Shown: piece after piece, positions 29,828 to 39,788 of the stretch
How positions within the stretch are numbered: position 1 is the first letter of the stretch
Layout of the letters: each line of letters opens with the position of its first letter
NCBI GenBank assembly: GCA_965205855.1
Contig: OZ242184.1
Coordinates: 64,001-128,000 of the forward strand
Source: Thermodesulfobacteriota bacterium
GTDB lineage: Bacteria; Desulfobacterota_D; UBA1144; Nemesobacterales; Mycalebacteriaceae
Length of the DNA: 64,000 nt
Reading direction: 5' to 3'
Translations under genes and position numbers: made by a program
The notes under the pieces: model-generated
What the model was told of the DNA's origin: nothing
The model's database searches: none
The model's input: the letters and a program-made list of their open reading frames with translations, nothing else

Positions 29828-31114
29828 ATGGTTATTTCAAGGAGTTTCACGGTTCTTGTACTTGCGGTTTTTGCCGCCGCCGCGATACCCGCTCAATCTT
29901 TTGCCGTCGCCGGTTCGAACGGCGAATACGGCTACGAAAAAGGGCTCTACTACGAAAGCGGTGACGGAAAGTTCAAAATCAAACAGAACTTCCGCATACA
30001 GTTCAGGGCGGATGTTGAGAACACCAACGAAAACGATGAGGACGCCGTAACCGACTTTATGATACGCAGACTCAAGTTGAAATTCGGCGGACATGCTTAC
30101 GAAAAGTGGCTGAAATGGGAATTCCAACTCGCAGGAAGCGCCGGACGGGAAGACAGGGATGAAGATTTGTCTGTAGAAGACGCCTTTATTGTGATTGCAA
30201 AACAGGAGTGGTCGGATGTAAAAGTCGGAAGACACAAATTTTCCTACGGAAGAGAGTCTCTCAATTCCTCTTCCACGCTTCAGTTTGTTGACCGTTCAAT
30301 TGCAAGGGAGTTCGGCGTAGGCGCGTCCAGAGCAGACGGAATTTCTTTCGGCGGCATTTTAGGAAACCTCATCGCCTACAGAACCGGATTGTTTCAGCTT
30401 GGCAATAATAAATTCAAAGACCTGCGTAATATGCTTGCGGCCGGAAGGGTTCAGGTGAATGTCTGTTGCGGCGAGTTAAAATACTCAAGCGGAGGTTTCA
30501 CGGCGGGCGGGGATTATAAAATCTCCCCGAATTTTGCCGGAAAAACCGCGATTGCCTTCGGCGCGGGCGGTTATTACTACTACGGCGAGAGGTCGGATGC
30601 GGTAAACGTTTTTTTCCTTCCCGCCGCGGGCGCGGTTTTGGTTGGGAGAAGTTCCACTCCGGATGATAACAGACACTACGGTGTGACAGCCGATTTTGCC
30701 GCCAAGTTTTCAAGGTGGAATCTTGAGGCCGCTTTCTACTATTTCAACGAGCGGGAGTTTGAGAGTCGGGACGCGGATTTGGGAGCCGATGGAGTTGTTG
30801 GCGGAACGGGAGCAAATGCCGACACCGAAGGCGCGGCGGGACTCAGATACTACAACAACTACGCATACAGGGTTCAGGGCGGGTTCTTTGTTCTGCCCTC
30901 AGTTGAGATTGCGACACGGTATGCGGGCAAGTCGTTTGACAGCGATTCAAGCGAAAATGACGAATGGGCCTGGACAAGCGGCGTGAACTACTATATCGCA
31001 AAGCACCGCGTGAAGATTCAGCTTGACTACACCTACGGCGCCGAGAAGAATGCTCTGAACGGCGGCGACCTTGAGAAAAACATCTTCAGGGCTCAATTTC
31101 AGGTGTATCTGTAA
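29828..31114 (+). CDS. OprO/OprP-like phosphate-selective porin
   Basis: SD GGAG plus ATG 29828, signal peptide, FMIRR.KL...G, SSSTLQFVDRS, C-terminal RAQFQVYL; divergent from phoB. Confidence 0.82.
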   Translation: MVISRSFTVLVLAVFAAAAIPAQSFAVAGSNGEYGYEKGLYYESGDGKFKIKQNFRIQFRADVENTNENDEDAVTDFMIRRLKLKFGGHAYEKWLKWEFQLAGSAGREDRDEDLSVEDAFIVIAKQEWSDVKVGRHKFSYGRESLNSSSTLQFVDRSIAREFGVGASRADGISFGGILGNLIAYRTGLFQLGNNKFKDLRNMLAAGRVQVNVCCGELKYSSGGFTAGGDYKISPNFAGKTAIAFGAGGYYYYGERSDAVNVFFLPAAGAVLVGRSSTPDDNRHYGVTADFAAKFSRWNLEAAFYYFNEREFESRDADLGADGVVGGTGANADTEGAAGLRYYNNYAYRVQGGFFVLPSVEIATRYAGKSFDSDSSENDEWAWTSGVNYYIAKHRVKIQLDYTYGAEKNALNGGDLEKNIFRAQFQVYL

Positions 31115-31197
31115 TATCCCTCAGAGCCCAGTTTCAGTTGTTTCCAGTAGGCGTTTTGTCTGTTCTTTTCGCCGTTAGCAAAGTATGAAAAAAACCC

Positions 31198-31323
31198 TTG
31201 AATAAACTGACCTCTTGCTATATCATTTCCCACAAACCGATTTGAGGTTGGATTCGGTTCGCTTTTCATCCTTAGGTGATTGTTAGATTCTTCTTGACAC
31301 TTGGGTCAAGCGTTACTTATAAT
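31198..31323 (+). promoter_or_regulatory. Tandem promoters and palindrome upstream of beta-barrel 1
   Basis: TTGAAT-17-TATCAT (31198-31226); TTGACA-18-TATAAT (31294-31323) overlapped by CTTGAC-N6-GTCAAG. Confidence 0.65.
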
Positions 31324-31377
31324 TGCCCTGATGTTGCGGACTCAAAGTCCGACAAATCGTAAAGGAGGTAAGGAGAC

Positions 31378-33108
31378 ATGAGGAAGGCTAAATGGCTTAT
31401 AATGTTTCTAATTGCTTTTGCGGTGGCTGCTCCGGCATCCGCTGTTGAAGTGAACCTGGGAGGATTTCCCAGTTATATGTCCACTGTGGCGCGTTATATT
31501 GAAGGCGCGACTTACAGATCGGCGTCCGCTAATGAAAGTGACGATCGCATCTTTTTTGTGGACACCACCCTTCGCGTTACACCGCAGCTTGTTTTGAGCG
31601 ATGCTGTAACGATTAGGGCACAGGTTGATATTCTCGACAATAATGTATGGGGCGGATTCACAGACCAGCTTCTGGGCGGCGGTTCCACTATTGTCAATTC
31701 CGGCGCTTCACCGGGCGACACATTCAGAGGCACAATTCTTCACGGAAATGCCACTGACGACTGTCTTACATTCGGCAACTTCTGTGCCGTTGAGAGAGAC
31801 AACGGATTTTTCAACATCCGTATGTTGCACGCTGACATTGTTCTTCCGAACAATCTCGGATTTGTCAGGGTTGGACGCCAGCCGTTTGACTGGGGACTTG
31901 GTATCCTCGCCAACGGCGGTTGGGACCCCGACAGCGACCGTGGTTTCCTTGTTGACAGGTTCCTGTGGCTGAAAACCTTCGGACTTGGCGTTGACCAAAG
32001 TCTTACGGCGGTTTTCGTGTCTGACAGAATCACTCAGGGGACGGGTCTTAACACCGGAACCGGAGACGGCTGGGACGGCGGAGCGCTTGCTCTTATTTAT
32101 AACTACGCTGACATGAACGGAGTCAACGTTACCGTTGGCGGTTATGTGTTCCCTTACATCCATCAGGATGCTTTTATAGGCGGATTCGGCGATCTTGACA
32201 GATACACCCTCTACTCAGGTTTGATTGACCTTAAAGGTTCATCCTGGAGATTGGCCGGTGAGCTTCAGGGCGGATTCGGTGAGATAGAGAACATTCTTGG
32301 CGCGGCGGATTCATCACTCTCAAACGCTTTGCTTTGGGTGGTTCGCGGCGAATACTCTCCTTCTTCCATAGACTACTTGACTGTGGTTGGAGCGGAGTTC
32401 GGTTGGGCTGACGGAGACAAAAACGACGGTTCTTGGATAGCTGGTGACGATATTGAAGGCGGAGTTATCGTTTTCAACCCGGCTTACAATCTTGACAACC
32501 TGTTGTTCAAGCACGTAATGCCTTCCATCTATCAGGATGCGCATGGCAACATTCTTGCCAGAGCGGACGCCAGTGTGCAGAACGCCTACTACGCGCGTAT
32601 GTATACAACTGTTCCCCTTACGGAAAGACTTTCTTTCTCTCCTCAGGTTCTTGTTGGCTGGAACAACGAGACCGACGGGCTGATAAGGAATCCTAACGCC
32701 ACATATGAATATGATGCAGTGGTCTCTGGTACAAATGCGGATGCTGACGGAGTAGCAATAGTACAGCCGAAGCCGAACGCTTCTTCCTACATCGGAACCG
32801 AGGTTGAAGGAACTTTGACTGTCGGAATTTACCCCGGAGTCAAACTGGACATCATCGGTAGTCTTCTGGTTGCCGGAAGCGGTGTGACTGACCTTCTTGA
32901 GGCGCAGGCATTCGCGCGTGACAATGATGGTAGTAACTTGGATCTCGGAGACTTTGGTAATGTTACAGATCAAGCGGCGCTTGATGCAGCCATAGCAACC
33001 GAGCTTGGTACACAAATAGTCGGCGGGCAGGAAGCCGATGACATCATTTGGGGTGTCAAAACGAAACTGACCATCCTCATAGACGAGTTCTTCAAAGCTG
33101 AAGGATAA
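31378..33108 (+). CDS. Putative outer-membrane beta-barrel protein 1 (resembles TIGR04551-type family, from memory)
   Basis: Signal peptide ending ASA, LRVTPQLVLSDAVTIRAQVDILDN, GRQPFDWGLGILAN, amphipathic strands. Confidence 0.7.
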   Translation: MRKAKWLIMFLIAFAVAAPASAVEVNLGGFPSYMSTVARYIEGATYRSASANESDDRIFFVDTTLRVTPQLVLSDAVTIRAQVDILDNNVWGGFTDQLLGGGSTIVNSGASPGDTFRGTILHGNATDDCLTFGNFCAVERDNGFFNIRMLHADIVLPNNLGFVRVGRQPFDWGLGILANGGWDPDSDRGFLVDRFLWLKTFGLGVDQSLTAVFVSDRITQGTGLNTGTGDGWDGGALALIYNYADMNGVNVTVGGYVFPYIHQDAFIGGFGDLDRYTLYSGLIDLKGSSWRLAGELQGGFGEIENILGAADSSLSNALLWVVRGEYSPSSIDYLTVVGAEFGWADGDKNDGSWIAGDDIEGGVIVFNPAYNLDNLLFKHVMPSIYQDAHGNILARADASVQNAYYARMYTTVPLTERLSFSPQVLVGWNNETDGLIRNPNATYEYDAVVSGTNADADGVAIVQPKPNASSYIGTEVEGTLTVGIYPGVKLDIIGSLLVAGSGVTDLLEAQAFARDNDGSNLDLGDFGNVTDQAALDAAIATELGTQIVGGQEADDIIWGVKTKLTILIDEFFKAEG

Positions 33109-33153
33109 GACTACGGTTAAAAAATCCTTTTCTGACAAAGTAAAGGGACAAAT

Positions 33154-33192
33154 AAAGGCGGCGCTTCTTACAAAGAGTGCCGCCTTTTTTTT
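33154..33192 (+). terminator. Intrinsic terminator
   Basis: AAAGGCGGCGCTTCT-TACAA-AGAGTGCCGCCTTT plus U tract. Confidence 0.85.
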
Positions 33193-33341
33193 ATTGTCTT
33201 TTGCCTGAAAACAGCTTTTTTATTCGTTTCTGTTGTTGGTTACAATGCAATCGGAAAAAGCCAAAGCGCAATTCGGGCAACCGGAGACAACAAACACCGC
33301 TTTCATCAGAAAGCCACACGAGTAAAGATGTTATTTTACAC

Positions 33342-33370
33342 TTGAAAAATCTTGCGTCTTTCTATAGAAT
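33342..33370 (+). promoter_or_regulatory. Promoter for beta-barrel 2
   Basis: TTGAAA-17-TAGAAT. Confidence 0.55.
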
Positions 33371-33434
33371 TGAGCCAGTTTTCCGTTTTTGTGTAAAACT
33401 AACGATTACAGAGTTCCTAATGAGGAGGGGAAGA

Positions 33435-35315
33435 ATGTTTAACAATTTCATACGCTATATATTTTTCGCGGCAGTTGCGGTTTTAATCGGAACGCCCGAT
33501 TCACACGCGGTACAAGTCACTTTTGATTCCTATCCGAGTTTCATGAGAACAAGGGCAAGGGTTTTTAATAACTCAACTTTCAACAGTTCCAATCTTATCT
33601 CCGGCAGCGGAAGAAAAGACAGGATTTTCTTTGTTGACACCACATTGCGCCTTGCGCCGGAATTGAGACTTTCCGACAACATCAGAATCGTAACCCAGGT
33701 GGATGTTGCCGATAATGTAATATGGGGCGGCAGAACGAGCCAGTTGCTCGGAGGCGGCGGAACGCTTGTTAACTCAGGTATATCACCAACTGACAGTTTT
33801 AGAGGAGCGTTCCTGACTCCGGTTTACAGCCCGGTTGCGTTTCTGGACTCATCTCTGGGCCCCGCTTTGGACAGAGACGCTGCGGTTCAACCTGACTCCG
33901 GATGGTTTAATATCCGTATGGCGTATATGCATATAGAACTCCCCGAAGAATTCGGCGCCATAAGAATCGGACGCCAGCCGTTTGACTGGGGACTTGGAAT
34001 TTTCTCCAACGGCGGACATGACCCTTCATCGGATTTCGGAACTCTGGTTGACAGACTCCTTTTTGTGAAAACTTTTGAATTGCCAAGTAGCACGCCGATA
34101 ACAGGAACCGTAACCACAATGGTGTTTGCGGATTTGCGCACAGGCGGCACGGATGAGCTTACCTCAACCGGCATCGGCTACAGTGGCATCGGCGCGGGAA
34201 TTGTCTATAACAAACCCTCGTATCAGGACGGCACAACCGACTTTACTCTTGGCAGTTTTGTTTATCCGTGGATAAGACAAAGAAACTTTGACGGCGGAAA
34301 CTACTTCGGCGGTGGAACTGGAGACCTTGACCGGCTTACGATTTACTCGTTTATGCTGGACATCCGCCGTAACTCATTCCGCCTCGCGGGTGAGATTAAC
34401 GGAGCTCAGGGTAGGTTCAGCAATGTAACAGGCTTCAATCCATGTCCTGCCTTCATTTGCCGACGCGTAGTGCTCAACAGAGATGAAACGAAAATAAGCA
34501 ACCAAATCGCCTGGGCGGCGCGTCTTGAGTTCACGCCCCGTGATATTGTTGAAGTGGTCGGAGGAGAATTCGGCTGGGTTGACGGAGACAAAATCGGAGA
34601 CGGAGGCGAATACTGGGAAGGAAATGACTCAATTGACGGCGGATTTATCGCATTCAACCCCGCTTATAATATTGACCATCTCTTGCTCAAGCATGTGCTT
34701 CCCACAATATACCAGAGCGCAAACAGCAGTCTTTTCACGCAATCCGAGGGCGGAATTCAGAACACACGCTACGCGCGTTTCTATGTTGATTTCAACCTTT
34801 CGGAAAGTATTGTGATGAAAAACCAGTGGCTTGCCGCATGGACAAACGAGACGGACGGTCTTTTTGTTGCAGGCGAGTCGGTGAAAACCTTTATCGGGAA
34901 CGAACTTGAAACCACTTTGAGTTTCCGTCTGATGCCCGGAGTGTCTCTTGATTTTACCGGAAGCGTGGTTTTCGCCTCCGGCGGGCTGGAAGATATGTTT
35001 GAAGGACAGGCGTGGAACAACATAGTCCGCGGCAGTAGCAATAGCATAGACGTACAGAGCGGAAGTGCTCCCACAGTACGCCAAGTTCAGTTTCTCAATC
35101 CCGATGGAACGGCCAGCGTTCCGGGTTTGACTTCAACCATTACCATTGCAGCAGGTGAAATTTCCAATCCGGTTGCCCCGGAAGTTCAGCAAAAAGCGTA
35201 TGACGCTCTGAGAGAGGAGTTTGGTAATATCTACAACTCCAACAAAGACAGACTCTGGTCTTTGCAGACAGTCCTGACGATTCAGCTGGACACGGTACTG
35301 GACGAGAGAATATAA
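33435..35315 (+). CDS. Putative outer-membrane beta-barrel protein 2, paralog of 31378
   Basis: SD GAGGAGG, signal peptide; shared blocks DRIFFVDTTLR, QLLGGG, GRQPFDWGLGI, FNPAYN, NETDGL. Confidence 0.7.
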   Translation: MFNNFIRYIFFAAVAVLIGTPDSHAVQVTFDSYPSFMRTRARVFNNSTFNSSNLISGSGRKDRIFFVDTTLRLAPELRLSDNIRIVTQVDVADNVIWGGRTSQLLGGGGTLVNSGISPTDSFRGAFLTPVYSPVAFLDSSLGPALDRDAAVQPDSGWFNIRMAYMHIELPEEFGAIRIGRQPFDWGLGIFSNGGHDPSSDFGTLVDRLLFVKTFELPSSTPITGTVTTMVFADLRTGGTDELTSTGIGYSGIGAGIVYNKPSYQDGTTDFTLGSFVYPWIRQRNFDGGNYFGGGTGDLDRLTIYSFMLDIRRNSFRLAGEINGAQGRFSNVTGFNPCPAFICRRVVLNRDETKISNQIAWAARLEFTPRDIVEVVGGEFGWVDGDKIGDGGEYWEGNDSIDGGFIAFNPAYNIDHLLLKHVLPTIYQSANSSLFTQSEGGIQNTRYARFYVDFNLSESIVMKNQWLAAWTNETDGLFVAGESVKTFIGNELETTLSFRLMPGVSLDFTGSVVFASGGLEDMFEGQAWNNIVRGSSNSIDVQSGSAPTVRQVQFLNPDGTASVPGLTSTITIAAGEISNPVAPEVQQKAYDALREEFGNIYNSNKDRLWSLQTVLTIQLDTVLDERI

Positions 35316-35456
35316 ACCCGTTATTTCCCCCTTTTCGGAACGCCGCATCTGTTTGGCGTTCCGGAAAGGCAAATAACTTTTCCGCCACATCTGGCGGTGT
35401 TCCCCTTCTCATTAACTCCTGAAAAAGTGTTATAATTTCCCTCCAGAGGTGATTAG

Positions 35457-36989
35457 GTGAGTTTCTTTGCGCTAATTTTACTGTCGGTATTTTTTCTCTT
35501 TCCGGTTCCTTGCGCGCTTGCGGGTGAAGCTCTGACGCTTTCCGTTCAGCAAGCCGGGGTTCTCGCGCTTGAAAACAACAAAAACATCCTCATAAGCAGG
35601 CAGGCCGTTCTTGCCGCGCTTGGAGAGGTAAAAGCGGAGCGTGGAAAATTTGACCCCGTTTTTGAGGTAAATTCGTCCTATGATTCGCTTTCCGAACCGT
35701 CCGCATCCTCTCTTGTTTCGGGCGGAATTGAAACACGCAGGTTTGCGGCAAGCATGGGATTGACCGGTGCCCTTCCGTCTGGAGCGTATTATGATTTGTT
35801 CAGGTTTTCGGTCTCAAGAGAGAAAAGCGATTCGCCGATTCAGTCATTGAGTCCGGCTTATTCTTCAAGCCTGGATATGAGAGTGGGGCACGACCTTCTC
35901 AGAAACTTCGGCTCAAAAACGGGCAAGGCGTCCATTGTGGCGCAAAGTCTCCAGAGCGACATCACGCGCCTTGATCTCATAAAAGGGGTTTCCGATGTAC
36001 TTTTTGAGGTTGAGAACAGATACTGGAACCTTGTTGTCGCCGAGCGGCAATACGGGCTTGTGCGGCAAAACCTTGATCTTGGCATTGACTTGCTTGAAAG
36101 AAACCGGATTAAGGTCAGGGAAGGAGTTTTGACCGGTCTTGACGAGATGAAAGCCGAGTCCGAAGTCGCGGCGCTAAGGGTGGAGCTTATAGAGGCGGAA
36201 AACGAATTCAGAAATGCCGGAGACAGGTTAAAAAACCTTCTCGGGCTACCGCTTGACGGGGAAATTGAACCGACAGATGTTCCCACGGTGAAATTCCACG
36301 GGAGTCTTGATATCTCGGAGCTCATGGAAACCGCTTTTGAAAATAGGGCGGAGTTAAAACAGGCGGCAAAACGCCTAAGGATAGTTGAAGAGCGGAGAAA
36401 CTTCCGCTCAAACCAGAAGTTGCCCAGACTTTCCGTTGAGGGAGTTGTTTCACTCAGGGGCCTTGCGGGAAGCCGGAATCCCGACCGCCTGATTTTTCAG
36501 AATCCGGGAACGGATTTGTCGGTTTTCGGCGGCGGGTTTTCCGAGTCTGTCTCACGCACGGCGGACGCCGACTTTGTGAGCTGGGGGGCGAGCGTGAAAA
36601 TGTCCGTTCCGATAGGAAACCGCAGCGCCGCCGGGATTTATGAAGCCGCCGAAGCCGAAGTCAACAAGGCGGTTGTTGAATACGGGCAGACCAAAGAGGC
36701 AATAGCACTTGAAGTGAAAGAGGCAAGGGACAGGGTTTGGAGTGGATACAGGCGCACGGAGGCGTCCGAAACATCCGCGCGGCTTGCGACCGAGGTGCTT
36801 GAAACAGAAAAAGAGAAATACTCCGCCGGGCTTTCCACAACCCGCGAAGTGCTTGAAGCCCAGCGCGACCTTGCCGAAGCGCAGTCAATACGCATACGGT
36901 CTCTCGCGGATTACAGAACTGCGCTCGCCGCTCTTAAAAAGGCAATTGGGACAATCAGCGACAGCATTGACATACCCAAAGGGCTGTGA
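35457..36989 (+). CDS. TolC family outer-membrane efflux protein
   Basis: Signal peptide, ALENN, YWNLV, LP.LS, GLST..EVLEAQRDL. Confidence 0.85.
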   Translation: MSFFALILLSVFFLFPVPCALAGEALTLSVQQAGVLALENNKNILISRQAVLAALGEVKAERGKFDPVFEVNSSYDSLSEPSASSLVSGGIETRRFAASMGLTGALPSGAYYDLFRFSVSREKSDSPIQSLSPAYSSSLDMRVGHDLLRNFGSKTGKASIVAQSLQSDITRLDLIKGVSDVLFEVENRYWNLVVAERQYGLVRQNLDLGIDLLERNRIKVREGVLTGLDEMKAESEVAALRVELIEAENEFRNAGDRLKNLLGLPLDGEIEPTDVPTVKFHGSLDISELMETAFENRAELKQAAKRLRIVEERRNFRSNQKLPRLSVEGVVSLRGLAGSRNPDRLIFQNPGTDLSVFGGGFSESVSRTADADFVSWGASVKMSVPIGNRSAAGIYEAAEAEVNKAVVEYGQTKEAIALEVKEARDRVWSGYRRTEASETSARLATEVLETEKEKYSAGLSTTREVLEAQRDLAEAQSIRIRSLADYRTALAALKKAIGTISDSIDIPKGL

Positions 36990-37038
36990 GACGGTTTGTG
37001 CGCTTTTTGCGCCTTGCCGTGCGTTGATTTTATCTTTC

Positions 37039-38610
37039 TCAATGTTTGAAATGCCGGACGCCGGTTAGAAGAACGGCCATTCCGTGCTCATCCGCGGCGG
37101 CGGTTGTCTCTTTGTCTCGTACCGAACCGCCCGGGTGGACAGCTGCGGTTATTCCCGCTTTTGACGCTTCGTCAATTCCGTCCCTGAACGGAAAAAACGC
37201 GTCGGATGCCATAACGCAACCTTCGGTCGGGCTTTGCGCCTTTATTGCTGCAAGTTTTACCGAATCCACCCTGCTCATCTGTCCCGCGCCTATTCCCACG
37301 GTCGCGCCGTTTTTTGCAAACACTATGGCGTTGGATTTGACGTGTTTGCATACCTTCCAAGCAAATTGCATATCAAGGATTTCGCTCTTTTCCGGTTGTC
37401 TGCGAGTGGGTGATTTTGCGCCTTCAAAATCCGAGTCCGATGTTGAATCCCTATCCTGTATGAGCGCTCCGCCCGTAACCTTTTTGAAATCACGGGAGCT
37501 ACCGCTGTGCGCTCCGCCTGTCCGCGGGGTTTCCAGAACCCTGAGGTTCTGTTTTTCGGACAGTATGCCCGTGCTTTCTTTTGAAAATCCCGGCGCAATG
37601 ACGACCTCAACAAACATATCCGCTATGTGGCGCGCTGTCTGCGGGTCAACTTCGCGGTTGAACGCCACTATGCCGCCAAAAGCGCTTACGGGGTCGCACT
37701 GTTTTGCCAGAACAAACGCATCGGCGGGGTTTTGAGCCGTGGCAACGCCGCACGGATTGTTATGCTTTACAATCACGCAAACAGCCTCTTTTTTCGGGTT
37801 GAATTCCTTTGCGAGCTCAAAAGCGGAATCAGTGTCGTAAATGTTGTTTAGTGAAAGCTCCTTGCCCTGAAGCTGCTTTGCGTTTGAAACGCACGGTTCG
37901 GACGGATTGTCGGTGTAAAAAGCCGCTCTCTGGTGTGGGTTTTCCCCATATCTGAGATCCGTTTTTTTTATGAGGTTGACGGAAAGTTTGTCGGGAAACC
38001 CGGTGTCGGGTTTCGCAGTAGAAGAGAGAAAACCCGATATTGCCGAGTCGTATCCCGCCGTGAGCGCAAACGCTTTTTGTGCAAGCCGTAGCCGTGTTTT
38101 TTTAGACACCTCTGCGCTGGGTTTTTCCAATTCTTCAATCACGGCAGGATAGTCCGCCGGGTCCGTAATCACGGTTACAAAGCGGTGGTTTTTTGCCGCC
38201 GCACGTGTCATCGCGGGTCCGCCTATGTCTATGTTTTCAATCGCTTCGGTAAATGAAACACGGGGCTTGGCAACCGTCCGTTCAAACGGATAGAGATTGA
38301 CGACAACCATATCTATCGGCTCAATGCCGTTTTCCCGCATCTGTTTTATATGTTTGGGGTCATCCCTTACGGCGAGTATCCCGCCGTGTATTTTCGGGTG
38401 AAGTGTTTTCACTCTGCCGCCGAGAATCTCCTTCGCGTGGGTGTGGGTCTCCACTTTTGTAACGGCAACGCCCGCTTGCTCAAGCGTTTTTGCCGTCCCG
38501 CCCGTGGACAGGATTTCAACGCCAAGTTTTTTCAACTGTTTTGCAAACTCCTCAACGCCGGTTTTGTCCGAAACGGATATGAGGGCTTTTTTTATGGCAA
38601 CGGACGACAT
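37039..38610 (-). CDS. purH: Bifunctional AICAR transformylase/IMP cyclohydrolase
   Basis: ALISVSDK, GRVKTLHP, LRYGENPHQ, KHNNPCG, SDAFFPF, RHFKH. Confidence 0.97.
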   Translation of the reverse strand: MSSVAIKKALISVSDKTGVEEFAKQLKKLGVEILSTGGTAKTLEQAGVAVTKVETHTHAKEILGGRVKTLHPKIHGGILAVRDDPKHIKQMRENGIEPIDMVVVNLYPFERTVAKPRVSFTEAIENIDIGGPAMTRAAAKNHRFVTVITDPADYPAVIEELEKPSAEVSKKTRLRLAQKAFALTAGYDSAISGFLSSTAKPDTGFPDKLSVNLIKKTDLRYGENPHQRAAFYTDNPSEPCVSNAKQLQGKELSLNNIYDTDSAFELAKEFNPKKEAVCVIVKHNNPCGVATAQNPADAFVLAKQCDPVSAFGGIVAFNREVDPQTARHIADMFVEVVIAPGFSKESTGILSEKQNLRVLETPRTGGAHSGSSRDFKKVTGGALIQDRDSTSDSDFEGAKSPTRRQPEKSEILDMQFAWKVCKHVKSNAIVFAKNGATVGIGAGQMSRVDSVKLAAIKAQSPTEGCVMASDAFFPFRDGIDEASKAGITAAVHPGGSVRDKETTAAADEHGMAVLLTGVRHFKH

Positions 38611-38708
38611 TTGATTATGTTTTGCGTCCAATGAAGGACGGAAAAACAGTTTATACAATCAGAGACCACACAGAAACACCGGATGGCAAACTGTTTTGGA
38701 TATTTCAT

Positions 38709-38751
38709 AAAAAAAGGGAGGACTGCTTTGTGGGCAGTCCTCCCTAATTTT
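38709..38751 (-). terminator. Intrinsic terminator of the ADC-like operon
   Basis: GGGAGGACTGC/GCAGTCCTCCC stem with flanking A run (U tract on the minus strand). Confidence 0.85.
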
Positions 38752-38771
38752 AGCACAGTGCTAAGGCTTTA

Positions 38772-39758
38772 TTAGCCCTGGCTGTACTGCGGGAGCAGGA
38801 AGCGGTGACGCATCGTGTATTCGAACGGTTTCGCGTAGGCGATTGCCCTGCTATCCGTTGCGCCGAGGTCGTCCGCTGACCTGTCAACCGTCTTGGTCCA
38901 AATTGTCTGAGCCCCCGGGATTATCAGATTGAAAGTGAAACTTATCAATCCGACAACCTCTTTAGCCGGTATCTGACCGGCCATGAAGTCAAAAGGCGTG
39001 CCTGACATGTACCAAGCGCGGATGTCATCTCCTGTTGCTGTCCTTACACTGTCCGGGTCAAGTTGGAAGCGGTGTCCCGTTCCAAATGCCGGCGGAAGCT
39101 CGGACGGAAGATATGTAACCTCGTGGGTACTACTGGTTACATCCGGGCGGGTCGTGATTCTGTAGTTCATCCTTCCCCAGTCCGTCTGTCCGTAAAACGC
39201 GGGTTTTACTGACAGCTCTTTGTCGGAATAACGTCCGTTGGCAGTGTGAATAATATACCCGCGACGCTCCATGAGCATGTTGAAGTAATTGCTGTTCGTG
39301 CCATGCTCAAAAGCGGCGATGTAAGCGGCCTTTTTCGGAAATCCGAAAGGCTCCTTACCTGCCCATATCCCAGAGTCGTTGGAAAGATACATGTACGGGT
39401 AGTAACCCGCTTTGTATGTGTTTCCATCCTGACCTTTTACCGTAGCGGAAAAAGTCACGCCCATCTCCATGTAAGGGCCGATCATTGTGTTCTTGTGTAT
39501 AACATACCAGAACTCTATGACGTCGTCGTGGAGTTCAATCGGCTCAGGCAGTATTTTTTTCATGTCGTTTTCATCTGCTCTGATGACGAAAGCCATCCAG
39601 CGGCTCTCCGTGTAGGTGAGCGGTATGATGTCATAGTCAAAGACAGGGTCTGCGACACCCTGAGAAATGATGTCTATTCTGTCTCTATCCATTGGCAGCG
39701 GAGGGACTTCGCCTTCCGCAAGCCAAGGGTAACTGTACTCATTTGCTTGCATTCCCAT
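38772..39758 (-). CDS. Acetoacetate decarboxylase-like superfamily protein, paralog B
   Basis: GPYMEMGV, YYPYMYL, AGKEPFGFPKK (Schiff-base Lys motif). Confidence 0.78.
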   Translation of the reverse strand: MGMQANEYSYPWLAEGEVPPLPMDRDRIDIISQGVADPVFDYDIIPLTYTESRWMAFVIRADENDMKKILPEPIELHDDVIEFWYVIHKNTMIGPYMEMGVTFSATVKGQDGNTYKAGYYPYMYLSNDSGIWAGKEPFGFPKKAAYIAAFEHGTNSNYFNMLMERRGYIIHTANGRYSDKELSVKPAFYGQTDWGRMNYRITTRPDVTSSTHEVTYLPSELPPAFGTGHRFQLDPDSVRTATGDDIRAWYMSGTPFDFMAGQIPAKEVVGLISFTFNLIIPGAQTIWTKTVDRSADDLGATDSRAIAYAKPFEYTMRHRFLLPQYSQG

Positions 39759-39788
39759 AGTTCAATTAACCTCCTTAAAAGTTAACAA

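Noticed and set aside
32320-33138. Long antisense ORF of 272 aa (likewise 54693-55457, 24445-25155, 37046-37735)
   Set aside because: Shadow frames of well-supported genes with no recognisable motifs
33177-33434. N-terminal extension of the beta-barrel 2 ORF
   Set aside because: Spans a terminator and a promoter; the real start is 33435
38750-38764. TTAGCAC-A-GTGCTAA resembling CIRCE arms
   Set aside because: Lacks the 9-bp spacer and full arms, and lies in a 3' UTR beside a terminator
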